DNA from: Balanoglossus misakiensis
Lineage: Eukaryota; Animalia; Hemichordata
Assembly (NCBI GenBank): GCA_040954595.2
Contig: CM082578.2
Location: forward strand, 15,918,998-15,982,997
Reading direction: 5' to 3'
DNA: 64,000 nucleotides
In this document: positions 1 to 21,300 of the stretch, piece after piece
Layout of the letters: each line of letters opens with the position of its first letter
Position numbering within the stretch: position 1 is the stretch's first letter
Made by a program: the position numbers and the translations under genes
Notes under the pieces: model-generated
Told to the model about the DNA's origin: nothing
The model's database searches: none
Seen by the model: the letters and a program-made list of their open reading frames with translations, nothing else

Positions 1-76
1 GATTTCTTTGTATCAAAAATTTTATAAAGCACTTTTGCATTTGAAATTTTTTTTAAATATTTTTTCTGAATCTCAG

Positions 77-3000
77 GAAGTCGAGTAAGCAAGAATTGGT
101 TTCTTGTTCATGATAACAAAACAAAACAAAATAAGATGATGACAATGACCATCAGACCCCCTAGCTGCCTCATTAATTTCAATAGAAACAATAGGAAAAC
201 TCTCCAAGAAATGTTGCAGCTTATACATGTAAGTAACATTGTATGTTCATTTGTAGAATTTTTGTGGAAAGGTATTGACAAACTATAAGGATGTCATATT
301 TGTCCCTGGCATTATAATTATTATTATATATTCAGTGATCTTAAACGTCATAACAACATCTGGAGAATATAATTGTCTTCCATATATTCTTACAGCATCC
401 CTATTTACTGCCAGTAGATGACATTGACTTTGTACCAGAGCAAGACCTCTTAGTTATTGTACAACAATATAATGCAAAAGGCTCCCTCAAAGACCTCATC
501 TACAAGGTATGTAGCAAATTTTATGTCTGTTTGAGCTGAATTTTATAGTTTGGAATACTTAAATATAGGCAAGCAAATACCGTCGCTTACCATTTATAAC
601 CTAATTCTTATAATGTTACTATGTTGTATCTCATCTCTCTCTCTCTGTTCAACATTGGTTATGTCTGCATGATCTGCATATCATTTGCACAATTCCTCTT
701 GATGTCGCTTGCAGTCCAAGCCAAAAGAAGTCTTCGAAGCCAAGTATTCAGTGCATGGCAGAGGACTACCTTTACCTCAGATACAACTTTATGGAAAACA
801 GATCCTTGAAGTAAGTTCATCTTCCTTTTCTACACCCTGCAGCAAGTTTTGAAATATCTGGTGTGTGAAAGACCTGCTATAGGGCTGACTTCAATTTCTC
901 ACATCCTCGATTCTCTGTTTATCTCACAGTGAAAAAAGGGTAGGAATAGTAGTAGTAAATTAATCAATACTAGCTGAATTGACATTACTGTTTTTCTGAC
1001 AGGCTGTTATTTACCTGGCCGACCATGGAATCAATGTTCGAGGCCATGTACAGTCAGGGAACATCATACTAGTCAATGATGTCTGTAGGTAAGACATACT
1101 TCAGTTTGTACATCACTTGTGTACTCCAATTTTGTGTACTCTAACTTTTTTTGTCTTAGTTTTGTATTGATTGTTACCCGTGCATAACAACTGGTGAATC
1201 CATATGTCTTTTATTTACAATTTATTGGTCTACCTGGTGGCAGTGTTCGAGTTATGAATGTTGTTGGGTCTGAATGTTTTTATGGCAGCATAACTGAAGG
1301 TCATTGGATATTAAAAATGGACTTCAAAGGGAAATATGGCCCACTATCTGTGGAAATCAAGGCTCATCATTTAATGGCTTCACAACCAAACTATTTATTG
1401 TTTCATCTTCAAATGAAAATTGGAGCGCCGTTCTAAGTGCATAGCGGCACTTTACAACCCTGTTTGAATCTTGATCGGAGATTTCATAGAAAATTTAGAG
1501 AGCTTTGTCCTTGAGTTGTGTTACGTGCAACAAGTAAGTGTGGCAACCTTTACCAGTGGAAGCAGTCAAAATTTATTGGGAGTGGTCGGCTCTTTGTAGC
1601 TTTAATTCAAGGACACTGTGAAGGTTGAATTCTGTGTTATATATATTGGCTGTAGTCTGGATGATTGTTTTATTTCTGTTCAGGTTTTGCAGTTATGAGA
1701 ACGCTTTCTTTGGCTTCACTGCGAGATCTTTCCACGCAATACGTCGACGGCTAACACACGGCAAGGATGAAGCCGACAGGTTAGCCTTTGGTGAGTCTAT
1801 TCCTTGATTCCATTCTGTGATGATCTTTTGTCACTTATGCAGGTAGAATCCTGATTTGAAAATTAATCGAAGCAGTTTACTTTGTCTGCATGTTAAACAT
1901 TTTATCAGTTACATTCAACTGAGACGATACTTTATTTGTCTTTGCACTCTTTTGAGTATTTGGGAATTACTGATAATGCAATCAAAATATCAAAGTGCAG
2001 CCTAAGAAGAGCACATGCTTGTGATTTGTATGATCTGTCTGGACATTTGTTGATGCATAGCGTTGAGAATAACATCTTCATTTTGTGGTTTATGAAATCT
2101 TATTTTTCTCATGTCCAGACATTTGATAGGTTCTTCAAATCAATCTGTTGAATTTCAGAAAAAAGAGACAGATATTTTCAGTGTATGTGTAGCACTGGAC
2201 GCAAAGACTTGAATACTTATAGTGTGCCTGGATTATTTAGATACGCATATTGAAATAATTTTGTTAGTGCGAAAAAAATGAATGTATGTACGGTACCATA
2301 GTTAGTATTGACAAAGACTGTTCCATTTTTTTGCTAGGGATGTTACTGTATGAGATGTGTGCAGGGTGTGAATTAGATACCTGCAATCCAACAGAGAAAC
2401 ATTTACAGAGATGTGAGCATATGCCTGCCGTTCAAGAGGTAAGGGTCAAAGGTTATCTTAATCAGTATGTGTACCATTATATGCTGTTTCTACGCCCTGT
2501 GTTTATATAATTGGAAGCGAAAACACTTGAATTCATGTCATATTCCATTGTTTGTAACCATCCCAATGCATCAAACAATGCTAACACACAGAAATTAAGT
2601 TTCAAAATTTTGATTTAGTGTTTTTTCTTTTTTTTTCTTTTCAAGATCCTTAACTTTATCTTTTACAGTCAGAAAGGAAAAGTTCCGGCTTTTCATCAGG
2701 TAATTGTGTAGCACTCTCAGTATTCTACTTCCTAGAACCCGGTCATCCAACAGATAAGTTGATAGACATGACCCTGTGTGACTTGATCCCACATCAACTT
2801 CAAAATAGTGGAATGACACAGATCAACCATGACAGATGATTGAAAAGCAGCACTTATATGCAGAGCCACTACGAAATAACTTTAAAATTCCATCATTATC
2901 TTGTGAAATCAAATACCTTAAAGTATATCAAGTTCTGTATTAATCTCAACTGAAATTTTTCTGTTGCAGATTAAGAATCATGATTTTTTTAAAGATTGTC

Positions 3001-3639
3001 GCCTGTTAGAATTAGAAAGACACAGGCCTCTACCAGTAAGTGAAGTCTGATCCTACTGTGGTTTGTGGGACTGGGGTGTCAATGTTGTCCTTGATGGGAA
3101 ATATATGCCTTTGAAACAAATCTTACAGGCTCTTTAATGAAACTGCATGGGCAGCTGACACGTCAAAACATTTTGTTGTGTGTTCTCTACAGATGCATTT
3201 CACATCTAGCATGAAGAGTATAGTCAAACACACTCAGCTTAAGAAAAAAGAGAGGTGAGAATTCTGTTGTAAGTTTGTCATACGCAGATATAGGGTGTGT
3301 TTTCTATATAGCTTGGTGGTTTTCTTCATGCTTCAGAAATAATTTTTTTGACAAATAGTAAAACACGGTTTATTCATCCATGTCAGGATGAAGCCGGAAA
3401 GTCGAAGACGAACAGCATCAAATCCTGAGAAAACAGCAACCACTCCACCCCAGGTTGTGAAATTCACCAAATCATTACCAGCCTACGGCAGTACTGCAAC
3501 TATGCATTCTGGGAGTAGTGTTGAAAATGTACAGATTCAGAAATCGGGTGAGAATTCTGACAGAAGTGCCTTATTGCAGGCAATTCAGCGTGGGACGACC
3601 TTAAAGAAAACTCATGACACAAGTTCACCCAAAGTTTAA
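77..3639 (+). CDS. Slowpoke-binding protein (Slob)/PXK-like pseudokinase with C-terminal WH2 motif; 5' end outside window
   Basis: GT-AG exons join in frame: 77-228, 396-506, 715-810, 1003-1088, 1684-1790, 2338-2438, 2646-2699, 2970-3035, 3193-3254, 3387-3639. Translation SRVSKNWFLVHD..HPYLLPV..KGSLKDLIYK..QIQLYGKQILEAVIYL..GHVQSGNIIL..SYENAFFG..FGMLLYEMCAG resembles Slob/PXK kinase-like domains. Tail DRSALLQAIQRGTTLKKT fits WH2. Confidence 0.85.
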
Positions 3640-4072
3640 AATTGTGAATTTGTTTTTCAGAAAATGTTTGATGTTAATAGTGCATGCCATTTATGGATGC
3701 AGTGTATCAAAACACAGAGGCACTAAGGTCTTCAATTTTATTTTCTGTTCAAAGCCTGTGTATATTTTTTTGGCTCATTTTGAAGAATCAACTAGAGTAC
3801 TACAGTTTTAGTTATGAAATGTTTTGTTTGAATATTCAGATCCAAAGAGGATCAGTGATGTCTGTATTGACAAAAAGAGGCTGAATATTGTTTTAATGAA
3901 AAATTGCAAAGCCAGGCTTTGATGTTTTACTATAAAATTATGGATTGTTGATGAAAGACTTGACCATACGTTAATTTTTTTCACATTTGAATATAAGTTT
4001 CATGATTGTACCATGTCTCTTCTCATGCAATTTTCTATTGTGTGAGCTGATGTTATTTAGTGTCAGGAACTT

Positions 4073-4163
4073 ATGATGTCATGGTTGAATACTGTGCACT
4101 TATATCATGATGTCATCGAATACTGTGCACTCATATCATGATGTCATTGAACACTGCACTTAT
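4073..4163. repeat. Minisatellite, ~32-bp unit x ~3 (atgatgtcat..gaatactgtgcactyatatc)
   Basis: Three consecutive near-identical units read directly. Confidence 0.85.
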
Positions 4164-4858
4164 AAAAATAATACAAACTTGACACAAGTTTTTCAGTACT
4201 TTGAAAAGTTGATGGGATTTTATTAATGGCTTCATCTCCTGCAGTAATAAATACAGTACAATGCTTTGTCATTATTAACCATACAGAAATATGACAGTCA
4301 GATTGAACATCTTATACGAATATTTCAGAACTTGAAAAAAACAATGACTATCTTAGGGTCTATAACTTTCGCCTCTTGTCTGTGTACATATAGCGCACAC
4401 TTGACGATGTCAACACACATAATAATGGCTGAGTTTTCACCCAAGAGTTCATCTTTGTTTATGATCTGTATAGTCAGTGAAAAGGACTCTCTAATTCTTT
4501 AATAATTACGATGCTAATAATATTAATGCCACATCATGAACTTCAGATACTGACTGAATCAACTACCAACAACACAATACTGGATCAGTATTTTATAGAC
4601 CTCGGATTTTCAGCACTATACAAGATACCAGCGCCACACACAAACATATCTGGTCAAAAAATTTAGAAATTACAGTGCATACATTACTTTGGGATGTCAA
4701 CCTTTGTATGAAATCAGAATAGGTGCAGAGTTAAAAAAAATTGTAACTTTTGTGCTGTTTATCACAACGGGCCAATGTGTTGTTTGTCCTGTGAAACATG
4801 AGAATGTACGAGCCACGCGAGATCTGGCAGGGTCTCGTGGAGTTCAGAAAATGGTCTG

Positions 4859-13637
<8,779 letters not shown>

Positions 13638-13934
13638 GATGTTCGTTGCTCTGCCGTCAAATGGACGGGCGAGGAACACCGGACGCTTGCGTTTTCTGCT
13701 TCCTGGATTTATTTTGAATGAACGAGTTTACCCGCCTGAGAAATGAAACACCAAACGCTTATAACTACCAATATAGGGACAGTTTCGGCGAAAAAGTCAT
13801 TCGCGTGGTCGGAAGTCCGAAGTCATGGTCGTCGCCATATTACTTATAGGAAGACCACAGCCAATCAGAAATGGTGTGACATTTGGTGTCCAATGCGATT
13901 GGTCGTTATATATTGAAACAACCCACTATCAGAA
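13638..13934. promoter_or_regulatory. Bidirectional promoter USP19 / CBLL1
   Basis: Divergent ATGs 297 bp apart in CpG-rich DNA. CCAAT at 13768, 13861, 13890 and ATTGG at 13898; ETS-like CGGAAGT 13810-13816; YY1-like CGCCAT 13833 and AAATGGCG over the CBLL1 ATG. Confidence 0.75.
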
Positions 13935-16919
13935 ATGGCGGATGAAGGTGAGTGATGAATCTTACGAGTCGACTTGTGCAGAAATGTCATTACTTTTGCT
14001 ACATGGCGAGGTTTGTTGGTGAGCAATAGCATCAACTTGAGTATTACCTCTGTTCCGATAGATGAAATTCGATTTCTAGGGACAATTGCACGTGCTGTGG
14101 TATCAGATGTGCTTGCACGCGACCTCACATTGCATTGCCCATTCATGCAGGAGACTCATTTAGCGTGCACTCAAAGTTTGCACTGTTCATGCTGTAAGCG
14201 TTGCGAGAAGAGAATAGCAGTGTAAAGTGTGTATCTAGAGACATGCAATAGGTATTGTAGAGATTAAGGCTGATTAAACTACATGCTCCACCTCTATGTT
14301 GCATGCTGTCAATGTCCAAGAACTACAGGCCATCTGCAAACAACCTTCACTTCCTGATTTGAACTACACACCTTAGGCTGGGCATGGCCTGGGTCCAACC
14401 GGTCACTGAATCTGGTCTATATTCCAACATAATTATATCACTCAGACATGCTTCTTCCTTCCACAAATGGTAACACGGTAACACATACTACTGTACTCAT
14501 TAAACTATGGCCTGTTGTAAAACAATCTGAGTGTATAGTCAGTGCAGTCATTCACAAATTGTGACCATGACGAAGGGTAATGTAATGTAATGTTAACTTA
14601 AATTTTTCAGATTCTTTTGAGTTGGAAGCTGAAGAAAATGACAATTCAGGATCTCCAGCTGTTAGAAAAAATATATCATTGAAATTGAAAGCCAAAGGTC
14701 GTGGTCGTGGTAAGGGCAGAGGAAAAGTGACTCGACCTAGGAGGACATCGGCAAGGAGACGGGGTAGTGTTGATGAAGGTGGGGTAATTGTTCTATCAAT
14801 GAAGTAAAACGTTTCAGAAGGGGAAAATGTCACTTCTGGGCACCAGTTTCCATTTTTCCAGTGCCCACATATATGACACTTTTAGAAGAAGAATCTGTAA
14901 ACCAGACACTTCTGTACACATCTTAGTTTCCTTGGTACGTGCATAGACCCTAGAGAAACTAGGGTCTATGGTACGTGGTGTCCTGTTTAGACACGTTTAT
15001 ACTGCTAGACTAAAAAGTTACTCATCAAACCTTTGTAACATTTCAATTTCAAACAGATGATGTAAGTGAAATATCTGACAGAAATGATGGAGACAAGTTT
15101 GGAGGATATCCATTTCACCAGAAGAAACAACTACGATGGGATCACTCTGTATGTATCATTCCACATGAATTTTTGTCAGATTTCTGGTTTCTTTCAAATC
15201 TCCAAGTGCGCCCTCTATGTCAATATGGTTTATTGCTTATTGTTGGAAATTGTATGTATGAGACCATGTCACAAATGTACATGGATTAACTGAGAAACGA
15301 GAGCACAGTCTCCTTGATACTGACTTCTGAATTGTTGTTTTTTTCAGTTGAATCTAATTGGTGAAAAGGTTGTTGATCCCATGATTCACTGCTGTGATAA
15401 GTGTCAGTTACCTATACTCATCTATGGTAGAATGGTAAGTTGAACTCACATGCACATAAAATTACCTTCATTTGTATCCCCAGACTGCTAATTAGAAAGA
15501 ACCCAAGGGCTCTTTCTATAGTTATCTGTCTGGCCATCTATATACATGTACATTAGTTTCCTTTTGTAAAAACACCATAAGACAAGATATTTCTGTGGTC
15601 AATGCTTTACTTCAGTAATATCTGAGTGTAGGTTCCTGTACTCATTGATGTATTCCTTATTTATTTCACAGATTCCATGCAAACATGTCTTCTGTTTTGA
15701 TTGTGCCAAAAGAACTACTGAAAAGAACTGCCCCAGGTAAAGTCTTAACATTGGCATGGTGTTGACGTGTGCTTTTATTATAAGAATATAATGCAATCTA
15801 TATTGCATATCTCGACACTTTTGCCAGTGCTACACAGCACAGTCAAAATAACAAAATACACACTGAGTTACTCTGGTTCACTTACACATGTAGATGGCTG
15901 TTACTTCCAATATCAGTCTAAAGAGTTATTTTCTTTTGTTTTGTAGATGTGGAGATTCTGTGCAAAGAATTGAGCAGTCTCACCTAGGAAGTATTTTTGT
16001 GTGTACGTACGGAGGAAACAAACATAGTGGATCTGGCTGTAGGAGGACTTATCTTTCCCAAAGAGACCTTCAGGCACATATTAACCATCGTCACAACCGG
16101 CCAGCAGCCGCTGAGAGCCATCCACCTCCCCCTGATAGACAAATTCATGAGCAGAGATATATATTGACACCTCCAGACCCATATCACCAGCCCCCTCAGA
16201 CTCAGAGAAACCCTGTCCCCACGTATAGGACAGAAGAGAGAACTGAACACCCGCCCATGTCGACTTCTTATCCCTCTACTATTCCCGTTGTGACTGGGGG
16301 AAGAACAAGTAATTTGATAACCATTCCTATTCATGATGCTAGTAAGGATTACAGAGATGATCAGGTAGCACATAGAGCTGGACCTATACCTACCCAGCAT
16401 TCATCACATGCATACCCTGGACAGCAAACACATCCACCTCCAGCTCCGATGCCCCCACAACACCCATATCCTACACAGCCACAGGCCTATCCACCTTCTT
16501 CACACGGTGGGCCACCAATGTCATACTCAGGACCTATGCCTACTGGACCAGGCCCCCAACCGCCCCACTTCACAACAGCTCCTCTTCACCATGGACCCCC
16601 AGGTCCTCCTCCTCCGCAAAGATTTGAGGGTGGCCCTCCGCCTAGATATAGCTCAAGTCCACGACCACACTTTGAAGACGAGAGAGACACAATGAGCCCA
16701 CCATTCTCTAGTCCTGGAGGGCACAGTCCAAGACCAGGTGGTTGGCCCATGGGTGGGCCACCCCCACCTCCCCCACCACCTCCTAGAGGTCCCCCGCCTC
16801 CTAGAGGCATGCCAGGACCCAATATGCCCCCGCAGTCATCTGCTGGACCTCTTGATATGGGACCTATGCCTCATGGGCCAACAGATAAAACTGTTTATAG
16901 CAGACCTTACTATCAGTAG
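13935..16919 (+). CDS. CBLL1: E3 ubiquitin ligase Hakai (RING + HYB/C2H2, Pro-rich tail)
   Basis: In-frame exons 13935-13947, 14611-14778, 15057-15148, 15348-15434, 15672-15736, 15947-16919. [70 protein letters not shown] is the Hakai signature. Confidence 0.95.
14942..14970. mobile_element. 29-bp perfect hairpin insertion with 7-bp target-site duplication, inside a degenerate MITE (~14894-15003)
   Basis: catagaccctag-agaaa-ctagggtctatg flanked on both sides by gtacgtg (14935-14941, 14971-14977). Confidence 0.7.
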
Positions 16920-17482
16920 GGACAGCAAACTAGAATAGTATGGACTTTGGCATTAATGTAATTTTGTAAAAAAATCTGTACAGTCAACCATACCATTGAT
17001 AATGACAATGACTATTACAGGAGTATTTTTTTATATTTCTGCTCTTTTTCTGTGTAGATGTAAATCTTCTTTACTACATCACCACCCAGAACAATGTAAA
17101 ATTTTGATGATCTTGCTTTTGTGTGGTTTACTAGTAAAAAAATATTCTAGACTTCAGTGTTGCAAAAAGTGTTGGTCATGTGTACATTGATGATTTAATA
17201 CGATAACACTGAAAGAAATGAACACAACCTTCGTCTTTTTTATTTGTTACTGTGACTTGATACTGACATGTTGTCAATGTGCTTGAAAACATACAAAGTA
17301 TGGTCTGTTGTGATTTGAGAATGTTTACTTTTACGGTTACCACAGGGGAATGCTTTTTGAAATAGTCAACTTGTTGTTTTCCCCATGCCAAAATTTTGTA
17401 GTTGAAAAGGTGAACTGTTTCCCGGAAACTATACACCTTCAGGATATTTCATGATGCATGATAAAAATCAATGTGTGACTGA

Positions 17483-17694
17483 TTTTAGCTCCACTGTCAG
17501 CAATACGGAGCGTATCAGATACATGAGGTTGATTGTGTGTCATCTGTTGGCACATCCATTCTTTAACTATTGACTAATCCTGCTGATCATACAGCTGTGA
17601 CACACATGTATTGTATTTTTGTAACTCTGGACTGAATGGGATATCTACCTATGAATTCAGCAACAATACATGTACCAGCTTGTGGAGCTTGTTT
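17483..17694 (+). mobile_element. Degenerate ttttagctc-family repeat (Helentron/DINE-like non-autonomous element, tentative)
   Basis: Starts ttttagctccac and ends gtggagcttgttt (short inverted repeat); shares its 5' motif with copies at 24233, 26433, 49022(-) and 63489. Confidence 0.4.
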
Positions 17695-18370
17695 AGAAAC
17701 TCTAAGTGAAAGAGTAAGACTACCATCAAAGACAAGTTCTATCCAAAGCCTTATGGAAGTCAATAAAACAGCAGTTTATACATTGTTGGCTGTGTTATGA
17801 TCTGCCCCTTTTCTGAAGAATATCAATACTTGTCAACAGCTGATTTTAAAATAAAGACAATATCTGCAGTAATCTTTCTCTTATACCTAGACTGGAATGG
17901 TGTTTTAATTTTTGCTATACAACTACTGATTGAAATACCTCAAATTGGATTTCTCTGATTTGAAAACTGGGACTATGGACGTAGTTTTTCATGAATTGGG
18001 AAATCAATCTGTTCTAAGAAGTAGCATTGAATAAGAGATACAATCTCTTCCTGGGTATTTTCAAAATATTAATTTAAAAAGAGTTTTAATTTATACAATT
18101 CTGAATAAAATTTTGAGCTAGTGGCTGGTCCGATGTCATCGTCACTTCTTCGTGATGTTGCACACCCCTATGTAATAAAATAGACTCCCCTTGGGTGACC
18201 TTTGACATATTTTCACCGCTGTGATTGGTTCGTGTTTTTTTTAACGTCATCATGGTCATGGATCTCCAGTAAATATTTCAAAGTTCGTATTTTATGCCGT
18301 ATCGGAACGCATGTAATGCAATATATGATACAAGCACTATCCGTCCAGATTGATGTAAATATTTCATTGT

Positions 18371-21300
18371 ATGGCGCGGAATGGAACAGAGGCGTTCTGC
18401 CGGCGAAATCCTAAGCTTGACACCTTCATTAAGAAGAAACTCCCGGCCACTGTTTATGAAAGAATCCGGGCTTATGAGGAATGCATCATCAACTCTGAGA
18501 AGGAAAAGAAAGCGTTTAAACATGTTATTCTTAGCGACGAATACATCTACCTAACAGAGAATCCCCCAAAGAACATAAGGCAAGAAGATGCAGTGCCGTT
18601 GGCGAATGTTATCTCAATCGAGATGGTAAGTGCAGGGTGACGTACGGTGTAAAACTGCGCGGTCGATCGATCGATCGATAAATGTTTTATCAATGTCATG
18701 ACATAAGTACCTCAGTGATCTAATTTCACTCGTACCCTAAACACGCAATAATATATATGCTCACAAACAGGAAGTCATGTGTATACGGTGTTTGGGCTCT
18801 CCACCGAAATATTAAACTGAACGTTCAGTATTTGAACACATTGATTGTTTCTTCGTGAAGCCCTCCAATGCCTGAGCTCCCGAACACCGGCGCTTGTCAC
18901 GCGCACGAGCCCCATGGCTTCCATTTTGTTGTCAGTGCGCTGCTAAGCAGCCATGTCAGTTTCGTCGCCATTGTTATGATATTACACTGTAGCGAGTTTT
19001 CAGCATGAAATGTATCAGCAACTACTAGTGTTACGCAGTTTACCAAAATTTTCAATGAAATGATCGTGATAAAGTATACATTTCTCATTGGTGGCCATTT
19101 GCATTAATTAAGATAATAGTAAACTGAAAACTGCTGTAAATACATAAAACAAGTTACTATACTTTTTTACTATGTACAATGTATGAGATTATGTAATTCC
19201 CAGGTACATGTACTATACTACGAATGTATAACTAGTTCATCTTTGTTGATCCATGTAAACGCTTGTAGCTATTGTTGTATTTATGTTTATTTGAGCAATT
19301 GCCATGGTTACTTGTGTCATGTGTTACTTGTAGGCTTTCAACCAAAATCAAAACAGACTTCAGTCATTGTTATTAGCCTTTCATATTCAAACAGGTCTTG
19401 TCATTATAAAAATGGTGTGATCCATGATTGTATTATACTGCAGAATCTAACTCTATCTCATGTCAGTCTGATATCCAAATAACAATCTGCATAACAGTGC
19501 TTTAGTCTGACAAATACAGACTATAGTCAACAATGTTTGACTGTTCTCCGATCAAACCTGTCAAAAAGTTTTTGTATTCAGAAAACAGCTACATTTGCCA
19601 CAGAATGCTCATTGTTTTCTGACAATTCCTAATTCGAGTCTTGCATCATTAGTTTTAAAGTGGACACCATAAATCAGATCAACAAAGTAGTACTGGTATG
19701 TTGCGCTTGTTAATCAATAATACCTACACGAGTAAACTTTGATATTTTTTTCCACTATCTGCATTCTGCAGTATTCATTGTGACAACATGATTAGTGTAA
19801 ATATATCTATGGACGTAATCAGTGTTTTGAGAATAGGTCTGGCCAATGTCCAGCATAAGGAATGAGCCATTTGAGACTTGAACTCATGTACCATAATTAT
19901 TTCATAATTTAACTTGTCGTTCATTTTTAGGTCAATGATTTCCCAGATTTTCTGGTAGGAGATGAACGGGACAACACTCAACACATATCAGTGGTTTACT
20001 CAATCGCGCCTACCACCAAATCCAAAAAGAAAGCCAAGGAAAAAGAAGCCAAGAAGAACAATGGCGATACATCAAGCACTTACACACCCAGGCCAGATTC
20101 AGCACCACCGTATAACGCCAGCGCGGCCCGCGATGTTATCAATACGCCGCCACCAAGAAGAACGGCCGGAGACACGTTGCTGTACAGCCTCAATGAAACA
20201 GAGCTGAGGAAGCTACATGCTAAGAATTTGCATGTAGACGACGACAGATTATCGGTTTCGCTTCCGACCGAACAGTTGAAGAAGATGTCTCTTGCCTGTA
20301 ATGACGATGACATGGAAGAGCAGTTGGATTCATACAAACAGTTTTCTAGTGAATTGGCGCGACAGTTGCAGCCTTGCCGACCACTTCCTCTGCGACCGGA
20401 AGACAATCCGGATGATTATCCATCTTTTGACACAAGCAGATCAAGCGTAACCTCCACTTTGCGGAACCCACATTACAACACACACACACAACCTTCGTAC
20501 AGAAGGTTACCGCACCCATCCGCGACAAACCCTGGCGACTTACCGCTGGATAGAAGGAAATCACAGCCGTTCAAACTAAGCGTAACAGATACCGGGGAAC
20601 TGACGACCCCGCGGAGCGCTAGACAAAATCATACTTCTGAGGAAAGAAGCAAGAAAAAGAACAAGGATGCCAAGAAGGCTGGCAAGAGTGGCAAAATGGC
20701 TAATAAGACTAGCCAGCAAGATAGTCATCATGTCAAAACTACAGTTGATCTGACCAATGGTGAAGTTTTCACAACTGATGAACGGATGACTTCAGAAGAT
20801 TTGTTGAACGGAGATGCAGACTCCAAGACTGCTGAAATGCACATTTACATTCTTAAACTAACATCACCTTTCATGATGCACTTGAAGAGTGCATGGAATA
20901 ATTATATCATTGTAAGTATATCTGGTGAACTGCTGGGGGCCGATCATACCTGCCGGACGGCAGCCATGTTGGTTCATACTGTTCACCATTTCTTGAGTCG
21001 TACATGAGATGATCATGTTGCTTTTAACCACTGTCAGAGCCATAGCTCCAACATGTCTGGACTGATTTTTACTGAGATGTTCTTCCTTCACTGTTTTTTT
21101 CAATCTGTTGATTCAGTGGGGACTGAGTCATTGACAATGACTTCTCATGTTTTGGTTTGTCAGCGTGCAACTTTTGCACAAGAAGAAGAATCTGACAAGA
21201 CTGCTCAGAAAAGCAACAAGAAAATCCCCAGGTAAACTTTTTAATATCACTATTGCATAAAAGAATGCTCTTTCAATGTAGACTACTGATAATCCAGCAA

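Noticed and set aside
4073-4163. Possible CRISPR-like array (also the repeats at 27415-27752)
   Set aside because: Eukaryotic context, no unique spacers between units and no cas genes; these are ordinary tandem or direct repeats.
15984-16938. Overlapping and antisense ORFs, including a Gly-rich one at 16586-16822
   Set aside because: Alternative frames of the Pro-rich Hakai last exon.
19503-19523. Small hairpin tagtctg-acaaata-cagacta
   Set aside because: Only 7-bp arms and no TSD; could be chance.
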